Source of the DNA: Bugula neritina
Lineage: Eukaryota > Animalia > Bryozoa
Assembly: GCA_964035545.1 (NCBI GenBank)
Contig: OZ037773.1
Span: 3,253,751-3,317,750, forward strand
Direction of reading: 5' to 3'
Length of the DNA stretch: 64,000 nucleotides
The translations under genes and the position numbers were made by a program. The notes below the pieces were generated by a model, which saw only the letters and a list, made by a program, of their open reading frames with translations, ran no database searches and was not told the origin of the DNA. Within the stretch, counting starts at the first letter, position 1. Every line of letters starts with the position of its first letter. Below are positions 11,488-25,200 of the stretch, one piece after another.

Positions 11488-11555
11488 GATACAGTAGTGG
11501 AGAAATTGAGAAAAGCCTGTGTTCTAGATTAAAAATGTAGCAAAAGAAGTTATGC
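11488..11555 (+). mobile_element. MITE family C, 5' fragment
   Basis: gatacagtagtggagaaattgagaaaagcctgtgttctagattaaaaatg matches the 17612 and 24325 copies. Confidence 0.7.
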
Positions 11556-13278
11556 CTCACAGTTGATGCTTAAATTAAAAGTTGAATTAACTAAATGTAA
11601 ACATAATGATATTTATATCTGCTCAATTTGATTTAATGAAATATAAGTCACTGCTGAAGTTTAATAAGTTTGATATTGAATTTTAAATCAATGCTTGGCT
11701 TGATAGTAGCGTCCATAATCGTAATGATAATCAAAACAAATAGTAATATTTTTGAGTAGTGCTGGTACCAATACACCACTGAGAGTGATTTGAACCCTCA
11801 AGTACTCAACTTCATTGCTCTAGGTTAATATATTCTAAATTATAAATTTTTATTATAGAAAACCTATCTGATATTATCTTTATGCGAAATGTTAAATGCT
11901 TAAATTCACTCACTGACTTTTATTATACCAGTGTGACTGTATAAATGTCTTAGAGTTTGTAGGCATAATCACGGACTTTTTATTAATAGAAACAAGTATC
12001 AAATCCAAGCATGACTGGACTTAATTTTCATTTCATGACATGAAGTGGCTGGGTCAGCCAATGAATTGAGTTTACTGGCTTACAGTAACCGCATTCTAAT
12101 TCCTAGATTAACATGGCAGCTAGTTCGCTGAATTAGATATGTTCGTTTAGCATCTAGTTTAAACATTGGTAAATTGTTATCACAACAACCAATTTCAAGA
12201 TGAGCTGGAAGTAAACACTCAACATCTGTTGGTGAAAGCTATAAACTTGTGCAAGCTTGTATGTGTATAATGAGAGCTATATAGTTAAACAGCTCTTTTC
12301 CTTAGTGACAAAGTTTTTGTTCAATATCAAATCTCATTTTAGTTATTCACTCCCTGCATTATACTTTCATGAATCACAATTTATTTTTCATTTTTTTCTT
12401 CTACTAATTGCAAACAAAAAAGCAACAAATCCAGTTTTGGCTGGCTAAAGTGAGGTGCTTGGCAAGGAGTTCGGGCTCTCAACTCCCTAGGAGTACTACT
12501 ACTATTCTACTTCACTAAAGGCCGGAATAACATGTTAAATACATAATTGTCCCACTGGGATTCCAAACCGAGACCTCTTGTAGGCGACACTACAATCCAG
12601 TTTAATTGTCAAAGCAGCTTGTGGTGACCGCAATCTAAAGCAAGTGTTTCATAATTTATAATTGTTTTATTGTAAAGAAGAAATAAATAGGTTGATTTTA
12701 AGTTGAGTATCATAGCATTTAAATGGTAAAACTATATGATAAAATCATTAAATTTTACATAGAAATCGGTTATAAATCCTATTCACTGTGCGTAGACAAG
12801 CCATTGCATTGAACTTTTAGTCATTTGAGCTTGTACTTAAGTTTCAAGTTCTGCCGGCAAGTCTGAGGATGATATCACCGTTGATAGCAAAAATCCCCTT
12901 TGTTCGAGGGGAATTCCCTTCTTAGCTCTTTGCGATGGCAAGCCTGTATTATATTGCAGTGATAGATTGGTTAACCGCTTTAACCACTGAGTATTCCCAT
13001 CAAGTTGTCACATTATAACCATTATAATAATCAGACCGAGTGAAACTTCTCTTACCTGCCGGGAGTGTAAGAGGGGCTCATTATTCCTGTTCAACATTTT
13101 AATCATAGAACTTGATTATCTGTTGAAGTTGTCTTACTTTTATTGCAATATTCAGCTTAATTTGGGATTGCCATTCCTGGTTTAAATTACATCAGCTTTA
13201 AATTCATTTTGCTCATTGTTTCATTGATTTTTCAAATTAGACTCAAGTATATTTTGCCTTCACTATAATTTGAATAGC

Positions 13279-16200
13279 ATGGCTCCCACGAGTACTAACG
13301 CTGTCCTCACTGTGTTGACGTTGACATCCATCCTATCTTCTACGGTCCTAGCAGAGGGTGCAACAGGTTGGTACCTCTAATGATTATTGTCTATCATTTA
13401 GCCATTCATTACCTACAGCCTGTAAGTGAACTTCGTTTGACTACTGTTGTTTTTTGCTTGCTAGACTGTGTTTCAAAGTCTCTCTCGGGCAGTGAAGGCA
13501 ACATCACCCTGAATTACGATAAAGCAGACGAAAATGCAACATGCTACTTATTTCAGTGAGTTTCCTACTCTTTCTTCTAACTCAACAAAATTTATAATCT
13601 AGTTTTTATATTTATAGTAAACTGTATCAGCATTTATTGATTCGTTTTCAAGGTTATATGTTTTGTTGTTTTAGCATTGATAATAATCAATACAGGTACT
13701 TGTCTAGCTGGTACAGGTGCTTGTCTAGCTGGTACAGGTGCTTGTCTAGCTAGTACAAGTACTTGTCTAGCTGGAACAGGTGCTTGTCTAGCTGGTACAG
13801 GTGCTTGTCTAGCTGGAACAGGTACTTGTTTAGCTGGTACAGGTACTTGTTTAGCTGGTACAAGTGCCTGGCTAGTAGAACTTACATTGTGGCAAGCTGC
13901 TGGCTCATGCAGACAAAAAGTTTTCAAAATATTTTCATCAGATTTTCTATAGGTTAACAAACATAAACAATAAGGTAATAATTTGTAAAAAAACTACAGA
14001 TCTTCATTCAACTGAGATCAAGAAATTTCCTTAATATAATTAAGTTTATTTGGATTACTTTCTGGTTTATTCAAGGGGAGCAGTCATGGTCTAGGGGTAA
14101 AAGCAGTTGCTTAGTAAAAACATGTCATGGGTTTGAGCCCTGACAAAGGCTTTTGGTGATGTTAAAAAGAGCATATAGTCATAATTGCTCCTGTGCCTCA
14201 TCTGAATGAGTCCTTGGCCCAATTTACCAAAAATCCTTTTCACCAGGGGTTTCTCACGGGGATGGTAGCTATAAACTTGCGTGAGTGATTTTTTTATTCA
14301 AGTGTCTAGCAGAAGTTGTGTTGTAGTATGTCCTCAGTGAATTCCTTGCTATTTCTCTCCGTCCTGCCTGATCTTAGCAGCAGCAAAGTCTCTAGCATCA
14401 CAGTATACAACGTCAACTCTACTGGCGGTATCGCTGTCGTGTCTAATCGCACTTTCGAAGCTAGTACAGGTAGGTGGTTTCAAGTGTGTTCTTGTTACAT
14501 AATAACTTGTGACTCAGTTGGTTACAAACTTGCTTGTTCCTTTACGTACAGCATCGTTTGCTCTAATTAAATTTTAAAATGTTGACTGGAAGCACCTACT
14601 GTGTTGTAACTTGTGCCAAAAATTATGAATGGATTGCATACAAATTTGTATTTTTTCTTAGGTTTTGACTATATTAAATGCAGATTTTGAAAAAAATTAC
14701 TCATTTTGCAAACCTCGGCTAAGGCTGTTTCCCTGCCATAGCTTTTAGCAGTGTGTCTGCTGCTCTTTATGCAGAAAGTTATTGTGAAAGGTATTGAGGT
14801 TGGTTATAGTGGTGTAGGTGTTGTAATAGTTGTACACTTTAATTTCTTTCTCTCTCTCCCTCTCTCTCTCTCTCTCCGTTTCGAGTGACAGTAAAGACAA
14901 TGTTCTTTGTTCCAGTCGACCCGTACATGGTTGTTGGATTTGGCCGAGATGCAAACGAAACTGAGGAGGTCATCAGGGTTGAGGTGAGACTCAGTGAAAG
15001 CCTGGCTGACAATGCTACCGTTTTCATAGCAACCTATAATAACGAGAGTGAGTAACTTCTCTGTTTCTATGATATTAAAACTGAATACTGGTACTCCTAT
15101 ATTTATGGCATATTTTGATATTTGCATAGTTTATATCATACTGTAATAAAACATGTTATGATCTACATAGCAACATACATACTGACTATAGCAACCTGCA
15201 CTGTTTCCATAGCAACACATATACTGACTATAGCAACCTGCACTGTTTCCATAGCAGTACATAAACTGTTTATAGCAACCTGCACTGTTTCCATAGCAAC
15301 ATTTATCAACAGACATTTTGACACCTGCATTTAGTTAATGAATAAACAAGTCCGAAAAATAAATGCATTCTCTATTATATATTTTTCTCAGTGAAGGTAG
15401 TAATTTACTGCAAAAAGTAGCCAACTTTATAGTGAATGAATGAAGAAGCAATCCATATCGTAAAATAAATACATTAGCTGCTATGCAGACCTAAATAACT
15501 TTATTAAATGCTAAATATTGCACCTATAAGTCTAAAGTGTGAATTCTGGTACATATTTCAAGTCACCTGAGAATTGTTACCTCCGCGAAATCTTCTTTGA
15601 GACTTGTGTTACCTTCTTCTGAGTCCGATTGATAAGGTTGAAGTTGCTGTTAATGTCCAACAGATAAATTGATCTTGCAGCTACTAACTGCGATATTTTG
15701 TAAAGCTAGTCGAGTTCTATTGCCGTATTCACAGCCTGTAAGTTGGACTACCCAAGCGTGCCGTCCATGATTAAGAACCCTGACTACGAGATGGGAAGCA
15801 ACGCTAACATGACCTTCGTGTGTGAGCTTGCTGTCACCAAGATTAAGGATGCCTCGTCTGTCACCTCTTTTGTCTTCACTCAGTTCATGTTCAGTGAGCC
15901 GTCTTTTCTGAGAGTCAACACCACTCGATCTGGTATATAATACATTACACCCTGTATATAATATACTACACTCTGTATATAATACATTACACCCTGTATA
16001 TAATATACTACACTCTGTATATAATACATTACACCCTGTATATAATATACTACACTCTGTATATAATATATTACACTCTGTATATAATATATTACACTCT
16101 GTATATAATATACTACACTCTGTATATAATATATTACACTCTGTATATAATACATTACACCCTGTATATAATATATTACACTGTATATAATATATTACAC

Positions 16201-19200
16201 TCTGTATATAATACATTACACTCTGTATATAATATATTACACTCTGTATATAATATATTACACTCTGTATATAATATAATACGCTCTATATATAATATAT
16301 TACACTCTGTATATAATATATTACGCTCTATATATAATATATTACACTCTGTATATAATATATTACACTCTGTATATAATACATATGATTCTGAAAACCA
16401 TATAATCTGTTTGACAGACCAATACACTGGCTCTGAGCTGCCACCAGATGTCATTGCAAGACACGAACTTTTTCTGGAGATGCAGATCAGTTTACAGAGT
16501 TCTGACCAGTTCACTTTGTCCATGACGTCATCAACTAAAGGTGTGCTGCTTAATCTGTTGACAATGTATATAAATAGCAACGAAAAGTGTATATAAATAG
16601 AAATGATGGCGAGGTTTATAAAGGGAAAAGCTGAGTTTCAAGTCGAATTCTTATGCGTCTATTATCCTAGCTATCTGAAAATTTGGTACGAAATAAGATC
16701 AAATATATTATTTGTTTTTGTCAATAGTGATAATTCAGCTGTAGTGGTGGACTGAAGGATGTAGGGTTCCATTTGTGTGCAATTATGGTTGAACATAGTT
16801 TAACAATAAACGATCATATTGAATTGAAGAGTGTGGCTATAACTGATGATAGTTCCTTCCTAATCGTGAAGTTTTATTTTATGGATGGAGCACAAAAGTT
16901 TTATTTCAGTGAGTAGGTAGATGTTGCAACACCCAATTGCAATGTTCTATGAAGTTTGGTTTGAGTAAGTTGAAAAGACTCAGCTTTACAAATGTCCGCC
17001 CATTTCCCGTTTTCTTGTTGAGATGGGAACTCTGAAATAACTTTTTGGAGTAAAGAAAATGGAGCATGGTTTAAATAGAACGTAACTTAGAAAATAGTTC
17101 AAGTCTTTACAGCTTTAAGTTCAACTCCTTCTAATCTACCTTGTAGCACAATCATATTTCTAGTACTACAGTCTGTGTGCCTTTTGTATACCCCACAATA
17201 TTGGCTACCAATATGTTATATTTTATCATAGCTATAATTTGAAACCTGTTACCTCTTTTTCAGCTTGGAATTGTTTTAATGGATCCCATGTTCTATTAGT
17301 GTTCTGAAGAAACTGCTGTCAACTTTGCTTGCTATTTCACAACTTTCATCAACTCTCTCATTTTAGCCTAACATCTTATTTACCACATTAATATTGATTT
17401 TTCTCAGACAGAACACAGTGCTGCCTGCTCATGTTATTTTTGTTTGTTGATTTAGTACTAATTAGAATATAATGCTGCTGCCGTTCTTTATATAAGTGTG
17501 TTTATTCATGCCGTCAGCAGTCTACTTCTTTCATTGTGGGGTACACAATAGACACTTCTGTGTGTTATACTAAATACATACACATATTATACTCATGATC
17601 TGAGCAAGGTAAGTGCAGTAGTGGAGAAATTGGGAAAAGCCTCTGTTCTAGATCAGAAATATAGCATGAGAAGTTATGTTCTCGCGAGAATTTCAACCAA
17701 CGCCCCAAAGCAAAATTTAATAGTAAAATTAATGACCTTAGGTTATCTCAATTTCTCCAATGCTGCTCCTAAACTGGTTTAACTGGGTTCAGCATTGCAT
17801 GGTAACTGGTTGATATAATTATTTCTGCAGATTGCACCAAGTATGTGAGTGTGACGTCAGACGGGACAAATGTCACCAGCCCCAGTTATCCGTCTGCTTA
17901 CGACAACAACCTCTTCTGTAAACTCATGCTCATGTCTGCTGATAACAAGTATGTATTTTATAGCTGGTCTTCTTTAAATTGTAGTAGCCTAAGCACTCCA
18001 TATTTTCTTGAAAAATTGTGGTTTGCTTTGAAACTCCCTGCTAAATAACTTTTCCTCAACTTCTAATCTAAAACACAGACTATTTTGAATTTCTCTGTTA
18101 CTGTACTGGCTTCCCTCTGGATTGCTCTATAAGCAGCTCCTAGTTGGGGGTGATTTGGGTTCCAAATTCTAATTTATACCCCATACTCAACTCCAAACTT
18201 GAGAACTCAACTACTGCACCCAATCACCCCCCCCCCAACTCGTAGCTGCTCATGGAACAATTCTTCTCACTTCTCAGTCTTGTGTGTTGCCGAGTTAATG
18301 GTTCTTTCTGTAAATCTAATTACTGTGTTTTGATTATCTCGACATGTTTTTACAATTGTACTTTGCCTTATTTTTACTCTTTCTACTCTCTGCTGTCATC
18401 TAGCTCTTTGTGTGCCTTCCAGGCAGTAGTCAAAGTAGTAATGTCTACACTGTCAAGCTACGCTCACCAATATACTTGCAAATGTATAGTTTTGCATATT
18501 GCATTCATACAGTACTCAGTGTGCTCTTAGATAATAGATTTAATTTTGCTGATGCACGTGTCATTTTGTTGGGTATTCAGTAAATTTCAGACCTTGACAA
18601 TTAATTTAGAATTTTTAGTTCCTATAATATTGAAAAGAGCATCATATATATAAATTAATAAAATATAGTATGAAGAAATCAATGGATTATTCTATAAGCA
18701 GCCCTGAGTTAGGGGTGGCTGAGTGCAATAGTTAGGGGTTCTCCAGTTTAAAGTAGGGGTTTATTGAAAATCCCCACTCCAGCCTTTGTTACATTTATTT
18801 TACATTATGTTGTTTTGCACAGACCTCTTCAACTGACAGTCACCAAAATTGATTTGGCTAAAGATAATGACAAAGTAGAGGTTGTTGATGGGGGAGCTAG
18901 TAGAGCAAGTGGTAGAATCATAGCAACCCTGTCTGCTTTGGATAATTATAAAGACAAAGGTTTGTTTCCTCACATCTGAGACAGAGCTATTTGGTTAATA
19001 AATTAGTTACCATTCAAATCGCTTGGTTAAGAAATACTGACCAATCAACAAATCGGGTTGCAAGCATACAATCATGAATTTCTCTGATATATCCTTTATG
19101 AAACAACTTTATCAGACTGGAATTCTTTTTTGGATTTGTCAGGCTCCATGTTTAGTATTTCTGTTGTAAAGTTATACAGCCACATGATAATGCATGAATT

Positions 19201-22200
19201 TGTTATTTGTTAACCCTTCACAGTTCCAGACAACAAAGTTCGAAAATTTTACAATTTACATTTTACAATATTTTAAATAAATATAGCAGCTGCTTTTAAA
19301 AAAGTTTATGAATCGTATTCAACTCAGTCGTATATGTATTCTGACTTTGAGCTTTTGTTGCCAACCCTGTGTTGCCTCTTGTACCATCTCAACAGAGACG
19401 TGTTTATCTTCTGGTAGATGCTGTGCTGGTGAGCAGTGGGCCGGTGGTAATGGTAAGGTTCACCACAGACGATTTGGGTACGGCTAGTGGGTTCATCTTG
19501 GTGGCTTCAGAAATAGGTGAGGTTTTCGCCCCATTGTCATGGCTTAGAAATATGCAAATGGATGTTTCTATGGATGAGTTTGTGGTTGAGGTTTGCTGAA
19601 CTTATGGTTGTGATTTCACTAACTGCTACTGTTGACTGACATCAAATGATAAATTCATTAGCATAATGTTTTCTGTGCTGTTTACTTTGTTCACACTATC
19701 TCTAGTATAACGTTGTTGACTTGCTGAGTTATTTATATACCAAACATTAATATGCTATTAATACATGATATGATTTGTGATTCATCCCTATGTTATGTAT
19801 AAATGCTTTATAGTTATAATTAGAGTCATTCTTTCTATGCTGTACACTTTATACCTTGCAATAATAAACCTTACCATACATTATTCTAATGGTCTCATCT
19901 AAATAATTATTAATGCAAACATAAAAAAAAACATTATACCATCTAGTCATGATGATTCTTTGATTATATATATTATAATATTTATTCTTTTGACTATAGA
20001 GCTTGCAATGCTTCTTTCATTTTCAAAGCAATGTTCTCTTTTTTAGATGAGGGCGGTCGTTTCTACGTTCCCTCTAAAATCCAGTTCCCGGCTGCAAATA
20101 CCACTGTTGCCGGGCCCGTGAACCTAGTGCTGCAAGCTCCTGATGAGCAGATGGTGTGTAGAATATTACGTGTATCTATTTGTTGTCATAGCAACCGCGT
20201 CATGTGATCACTTAATCATAGACTTCAAACCTGTTCTATTTTCCAACCATCTTGTTTCACCAGTAAACCCATGTGGGTATATATTTCTTTCTTTGAACTC
20301 ATCCTGTTTGTTATCAAGTAATGTCTTTGTATGTTTAAGTACTGACTTGTTGCATCAAGTACTAACTCATACACATTCAAGTACTTACTGCAGGTGAAGC
20401 TCTCGCTGGAAAAAGCTATTACTAAAGATGATGCCACAATGAAGTGTTATGATGGAGACAGCACCAGCTCACCTGTCATTGCTCAGTACAGGTACATTAT
20501 ATACGTTATAGTATGGGTGTCTTGTGTCAAAACAACTGTTCTGCTTTATACTTGATAACATGTATGCTGTGCGGTGCTGTACTGTGTGTGCTGTGCGGTG
20601 CTGTACTGTGTGTCTGTGCAGTGCTGTACTGTGAAGTGCTGTACTGTGTGTCTGTGCTGCAGGTGCGTGTGGGGTGTCTGTGTGTAGAATATAATGCATG
20701 GACACCTAATATAAAGTATAGCATTGATCTATATAGTTTGAAATATAATATGGTCCATTTATTGAATGATTTGACTTGTAAATGGCATGTAAAGCTCAAC
20801 AAATTTCAAGATATTGCTTCAAGTACTAAATTTGAGTTGTTGAGAATATAACTCCAAATTTAGAACCGCATTTGCAGTTATACTATTATTTGTTACAGTA
20901 AGCAGTTTGATTTGTATCCCGTCTTCTCGTCTAAGGACAAGATGTTGTGCGTGGCCAGTGGCGTAGGCAACTCCACACTATTCATTGCTGCTGACAGCGT
21001 CACCGACGGTGAGTACGTCTGTTCACTTGCCAGCTCATTTCCTGTAACTACTGCAGATGATATTTTGAAGTTCCTATATAGCAAAGTATCTCTTCTAAGG
21101 AAAATTTAATGCTGAAATACAATTATGTTGCTGGACGGCGTAGAATTCATTGCATTGTAACACTAATGGATTGTAACTGTAGAGCTCATTGCATTGTAAC
21201 AGTAGTGTCATATCGTAGGTCAAGGCAAATTCTCCAGCTCCGCTATTGACAGTCTCAGTCTGAATCTGCCGGTGAAAGAAGCAGGGGAAGCCGACTACCA
21301 GTTCAATTGGATTGTTCAGCCCGAAGTGAATACCTCGGTCTATGACGGTAATGTGGATAATGTTACTATACTCACCTTATTATTATTGTACTTACTATAG
21401 TATTAATACACTTACCTTAATATTAATATACTTACCTTGATATTACTATACTTGCTTTAAAATTACATTTATATCTGTAGCAACACATTTATATCTATAG
21501 TAACACGTGTATATATCTGTAGCTACACATGTATATCTGTAGTAATACGTGTGTGTCTGTAGCGACACATGTAGACATGTTATTGTGTGTTCACAGTAAT
21601 CCAGCTGGTCATCACGGAAGTAGATTTCCCCGACACCGACTCTGAGATCTCCATGAAAGTGCAGACTATGAACTCAGTTAATCTCGTCAACATCACCAGA
21701 GACTCTGTGTTTCCCCTGAAACTTCGTTCTGTTGTCACTGCAGGACTCAGGTGTGTTCTAGAAATCCAGTTCTGTGATGTGTGGAAGTTGTCCCTTTTTC
21801 TGTCAATAGAAACTGTAAAATTTATTGAATAACTTTGGAATGTGAAGACTGGTAAAGGCTTGTCCAGAATTATTAGTTGCAATTCTCAAATAAGCAGTTG
21901 GTTACATCACTACAGCAACTAGCACCTTTGATAACTCCTCAGTCTTTTTTGTAGGTAAAATGTATCCAATACTTGTTTTACACAATCTATATTACTGCTC
22001 TTTGTTTCAGATTGCTGATAGACATAAAACCATCAAATACTTTTGTGACTGCCGGTGGTCAGAAACCCAGCCTATTAGTCACTGCGGATTACTCTGTAGA
22101 GAAGAGTAAAGTGGATATTGCCGGCCCTACCTCGTCCTCTGGTTCCGTTATGTCCCCTTTCTACCCTGAAGGTGAGGGACAGCTACCACATTCTCTATTT

Positions 22201-25200
22201 CTTTACAAGGTTTTGCTGTGAAATACGAATCTTGGTTAATTCTTTTTCAGTCTGTGATAATTTTTTTGTTATTGGTTTATGAGAAATCAGATTTCTATTC
22301 ACTTTTGCTATAGTTAATAAACATTGTCGGAGATAGATAGGCTGCTTAAATTAAATTTTTCAACTGGAAATAAAACAGATTTTGTACACCAAGTGGCTTA
22401 TCCATGCTTATAGAGGCTTATGGAAAGCTATTGAGGCTCTATTGCTATTCTACGTAGGTATGTTTATAGACAAATTTGATTTCCTGTAGTCATTCTAGAA
22501 TTTTCTCTGTCCAAGACTTTAGTGGTATGTTACATCATTCTACTCTCTATTCCTATGAGCTGTTCTAGCATCTGTGATTAGTAGTTAGTTTTTGGAGTTG
22601 TCGGCTTATATATCGGCAATGGCTAAACAATTTATTAAAATAGTCATGGGTTCAAAACTGATTTTTCTACTTGATTCAGCAACAACAACTTACATGAATT
22701 AGAAAGAACCATGAATCCGAAGCTATGTCTTTAAAAATTAAACTATTTTTAATGTATAAGAGTTGCCTTCTCTCACTAATTGAGACCATATATATCAATA
22801 GCATTGTACTTGTAAAAATATTTATTAAAATGATGTCATCAACAGTGTTAAAATTTCAAGACTATTGCATTATGCAAAATTATATTAATTAGTTTCAGGA
22901 ATCATTCTATAAGCAGCTCTGGGTTAGCGGTGACTGAGTGAAATAGTTTAGGATCTTTAAGTTTGGAGTTTAGGGTTCCAACTTAACCCCTAAACTCGAG
23001 AATTCTAAATTACTGCATGTAGTCACTTGGAGCTGCTTTTAGAATGGTTCTATTTTCAACATTAATTGCCTGAATCTATATCATTATAGTGACTAAAATA
23101 TAACCTAAGGCTAGCTTACAGCATTCCTTTGTGTCAACTGCTAGGTTCTCCACTGTACACGGACAGCACCTGGATGTTCACTGTGGAGGCCAACAACTCC
23201 TTACAGCTCTCCTTCTCCTCCATCTTCAGCCTTCCTCTCTCGTCACAACTCAACATAACACAGCAGGGGGGTGGCAGCAGTGACGTCTCGTACACCGGTT
23301 TGTTTTCACAAGGCATTGGCTAAAGAGTTTCTCATCAGAGAGATTAGTGTTTTGTATAAGTTATATGTGTGTGTGTGTGTAAGAGCGGCAGTGGTCTAGA
23401 GGTTAGAGCGTTTGCTTAGTAAACACCAAGTGGTGGGTTTAAACCCCAGACAAAGGCCATTGGTGATGTTAGAAAGAGCATCTAGTTATAATTGCGCCTG
23501 TATCCCATCTGAATATGTCCTTAGCCCAATTTAATAAAAACCCTTTCCACCAGGGGCTTGGTGGCAGCGATGGCAACTATATACTTGCATGAGTTTATGT
23601 GTGTGCGCGTGTGTGTATTGCGGTAGTATATTTATGGAGGTACTACATTGGTTGTCTCATTCTTCTATTTTTATAAAATTATGTTTTTTATGCTAATACT
23701 TTCTCATAAAGCTTTGACGTTCAATGGTAGCTTCTTCATTGCTACAGTAAAGAACTTCTGGTGAATTGTATAGCTAGTTATACCTCCTGCAGGTCCAATG
23801 CCTGCTGCACCATCTGATCTGGTTATCAACAACACCAAGGGAAATGAGTCCATCACAGTCACTGTTCATCTCATCACTGGTTCCAGAGATTCTTCCAAGG
23901 TGGAGATAACTTACACTTTCCTAGGTCAGTTTTCCAGTAGCTGTACAGATTTACCTGTTAAGAAAGTTGGTCCTGTGCTCTGGTGAATTAATCAGCTGAG
24001 TTATGGGTTCACTTGTTGATTTTTAGTCTCGGGAGGTAGAGAACGATAGTTACTACTCTTAGGACTCTGTGTGATTGAATGAGTTAATACTGTACCTTCA
24101 CATATGGTACTCATGCTCAGTATTATTATATATATTCAGTGTGCACATCAGCAAACTGTAGTTTCAAATATGTGATGCCTCACATAATTGTCGCTTTTGC
24201 CACTCGGCTTTGGGGCCACAGGCTTGGTGTAAAAGCGAGTGTTGCCATTTTTGCTCAATGTCTTTCTTCCATGGGAAAAATTATCCCGATATTTTCTGTA
24301 TCTCAGAAATACTTTGTGGGGGTAGGTACAGTAATAGAAACATTGAGAAAAGCCTGTGTTTTTGATTAAAAATGCAACAACAAAAGTCATGTTCTAGAGA
24401 GAATTTCAACCCTTGCCCCAAACTCGCATTTACTAAGGAAATTCGTCAACGTAGACTATCTCAATTTTTCACTACTGCACCTAAACACCTTGTGCTCCCC
24501 TCTTTGTGTGCGGCTATAACTAGGGATCGGCCATGGTGTAAGGGTTAGAGCGTTTGACTAGCAAACAAGAAGTCATGGCTTTGAGCCCAGACGAAGGCCA
24601 TTGGTGATGTTAGGAAGAGCATCCAGTTATAATTGCTCCTGTGCCTCATCTTAATAAGTCCTTAGCCGATTTAACACAAAAAAACCCTCCCATCAGGGGT
24701 TTTCTCACAAGGATAGTGACTATAAACTTGCGTGAGTGAATTTTTTGTGCGCGGCTATAACTTATCATTAATTGACATGGCTCCATGTTTAGATGCTGGA
24801 TACAGCGGACTGCTGGGTAAGGTACCCCAAGAACTTATTGTGACGCAGCAGGTGGAGGACAGCTATGCTGCCACCTGGATACTCACCACACCTAAAACCA
24901 ACAGCGTTGGTCAGCTGCAGAGAATCAACCTGGCTGTCACTTTTGATAAATCCAACACTACAGTGTAAGTGTGCTCTCTTTTATTATTTATTCTTGGCAC
25001 ATGTCACCACCTGTTGGCACATGCCACCACCTGTTCTTAAAGTCACCCACTCATTGCTGTACTAACTGATGTTTTATGAATTCACAGGCTAGAGCTGAGA
25101 GATGGAGCCAATGCATTCTCACCTTTTATACCTTCTCCTAAAACTCCTTACGAGAAATATTCTGTGACCACCAACTCCAACCAACTGTTTGTCAGTTACC

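Noticed and set aside
15933-16382. Regular arrays resembling CRISPR (also 13691, 46121, 56494)
   Set aside because: Head-to-tail repeats without unique spacers, in eukaryotic introns, with no cas genes.
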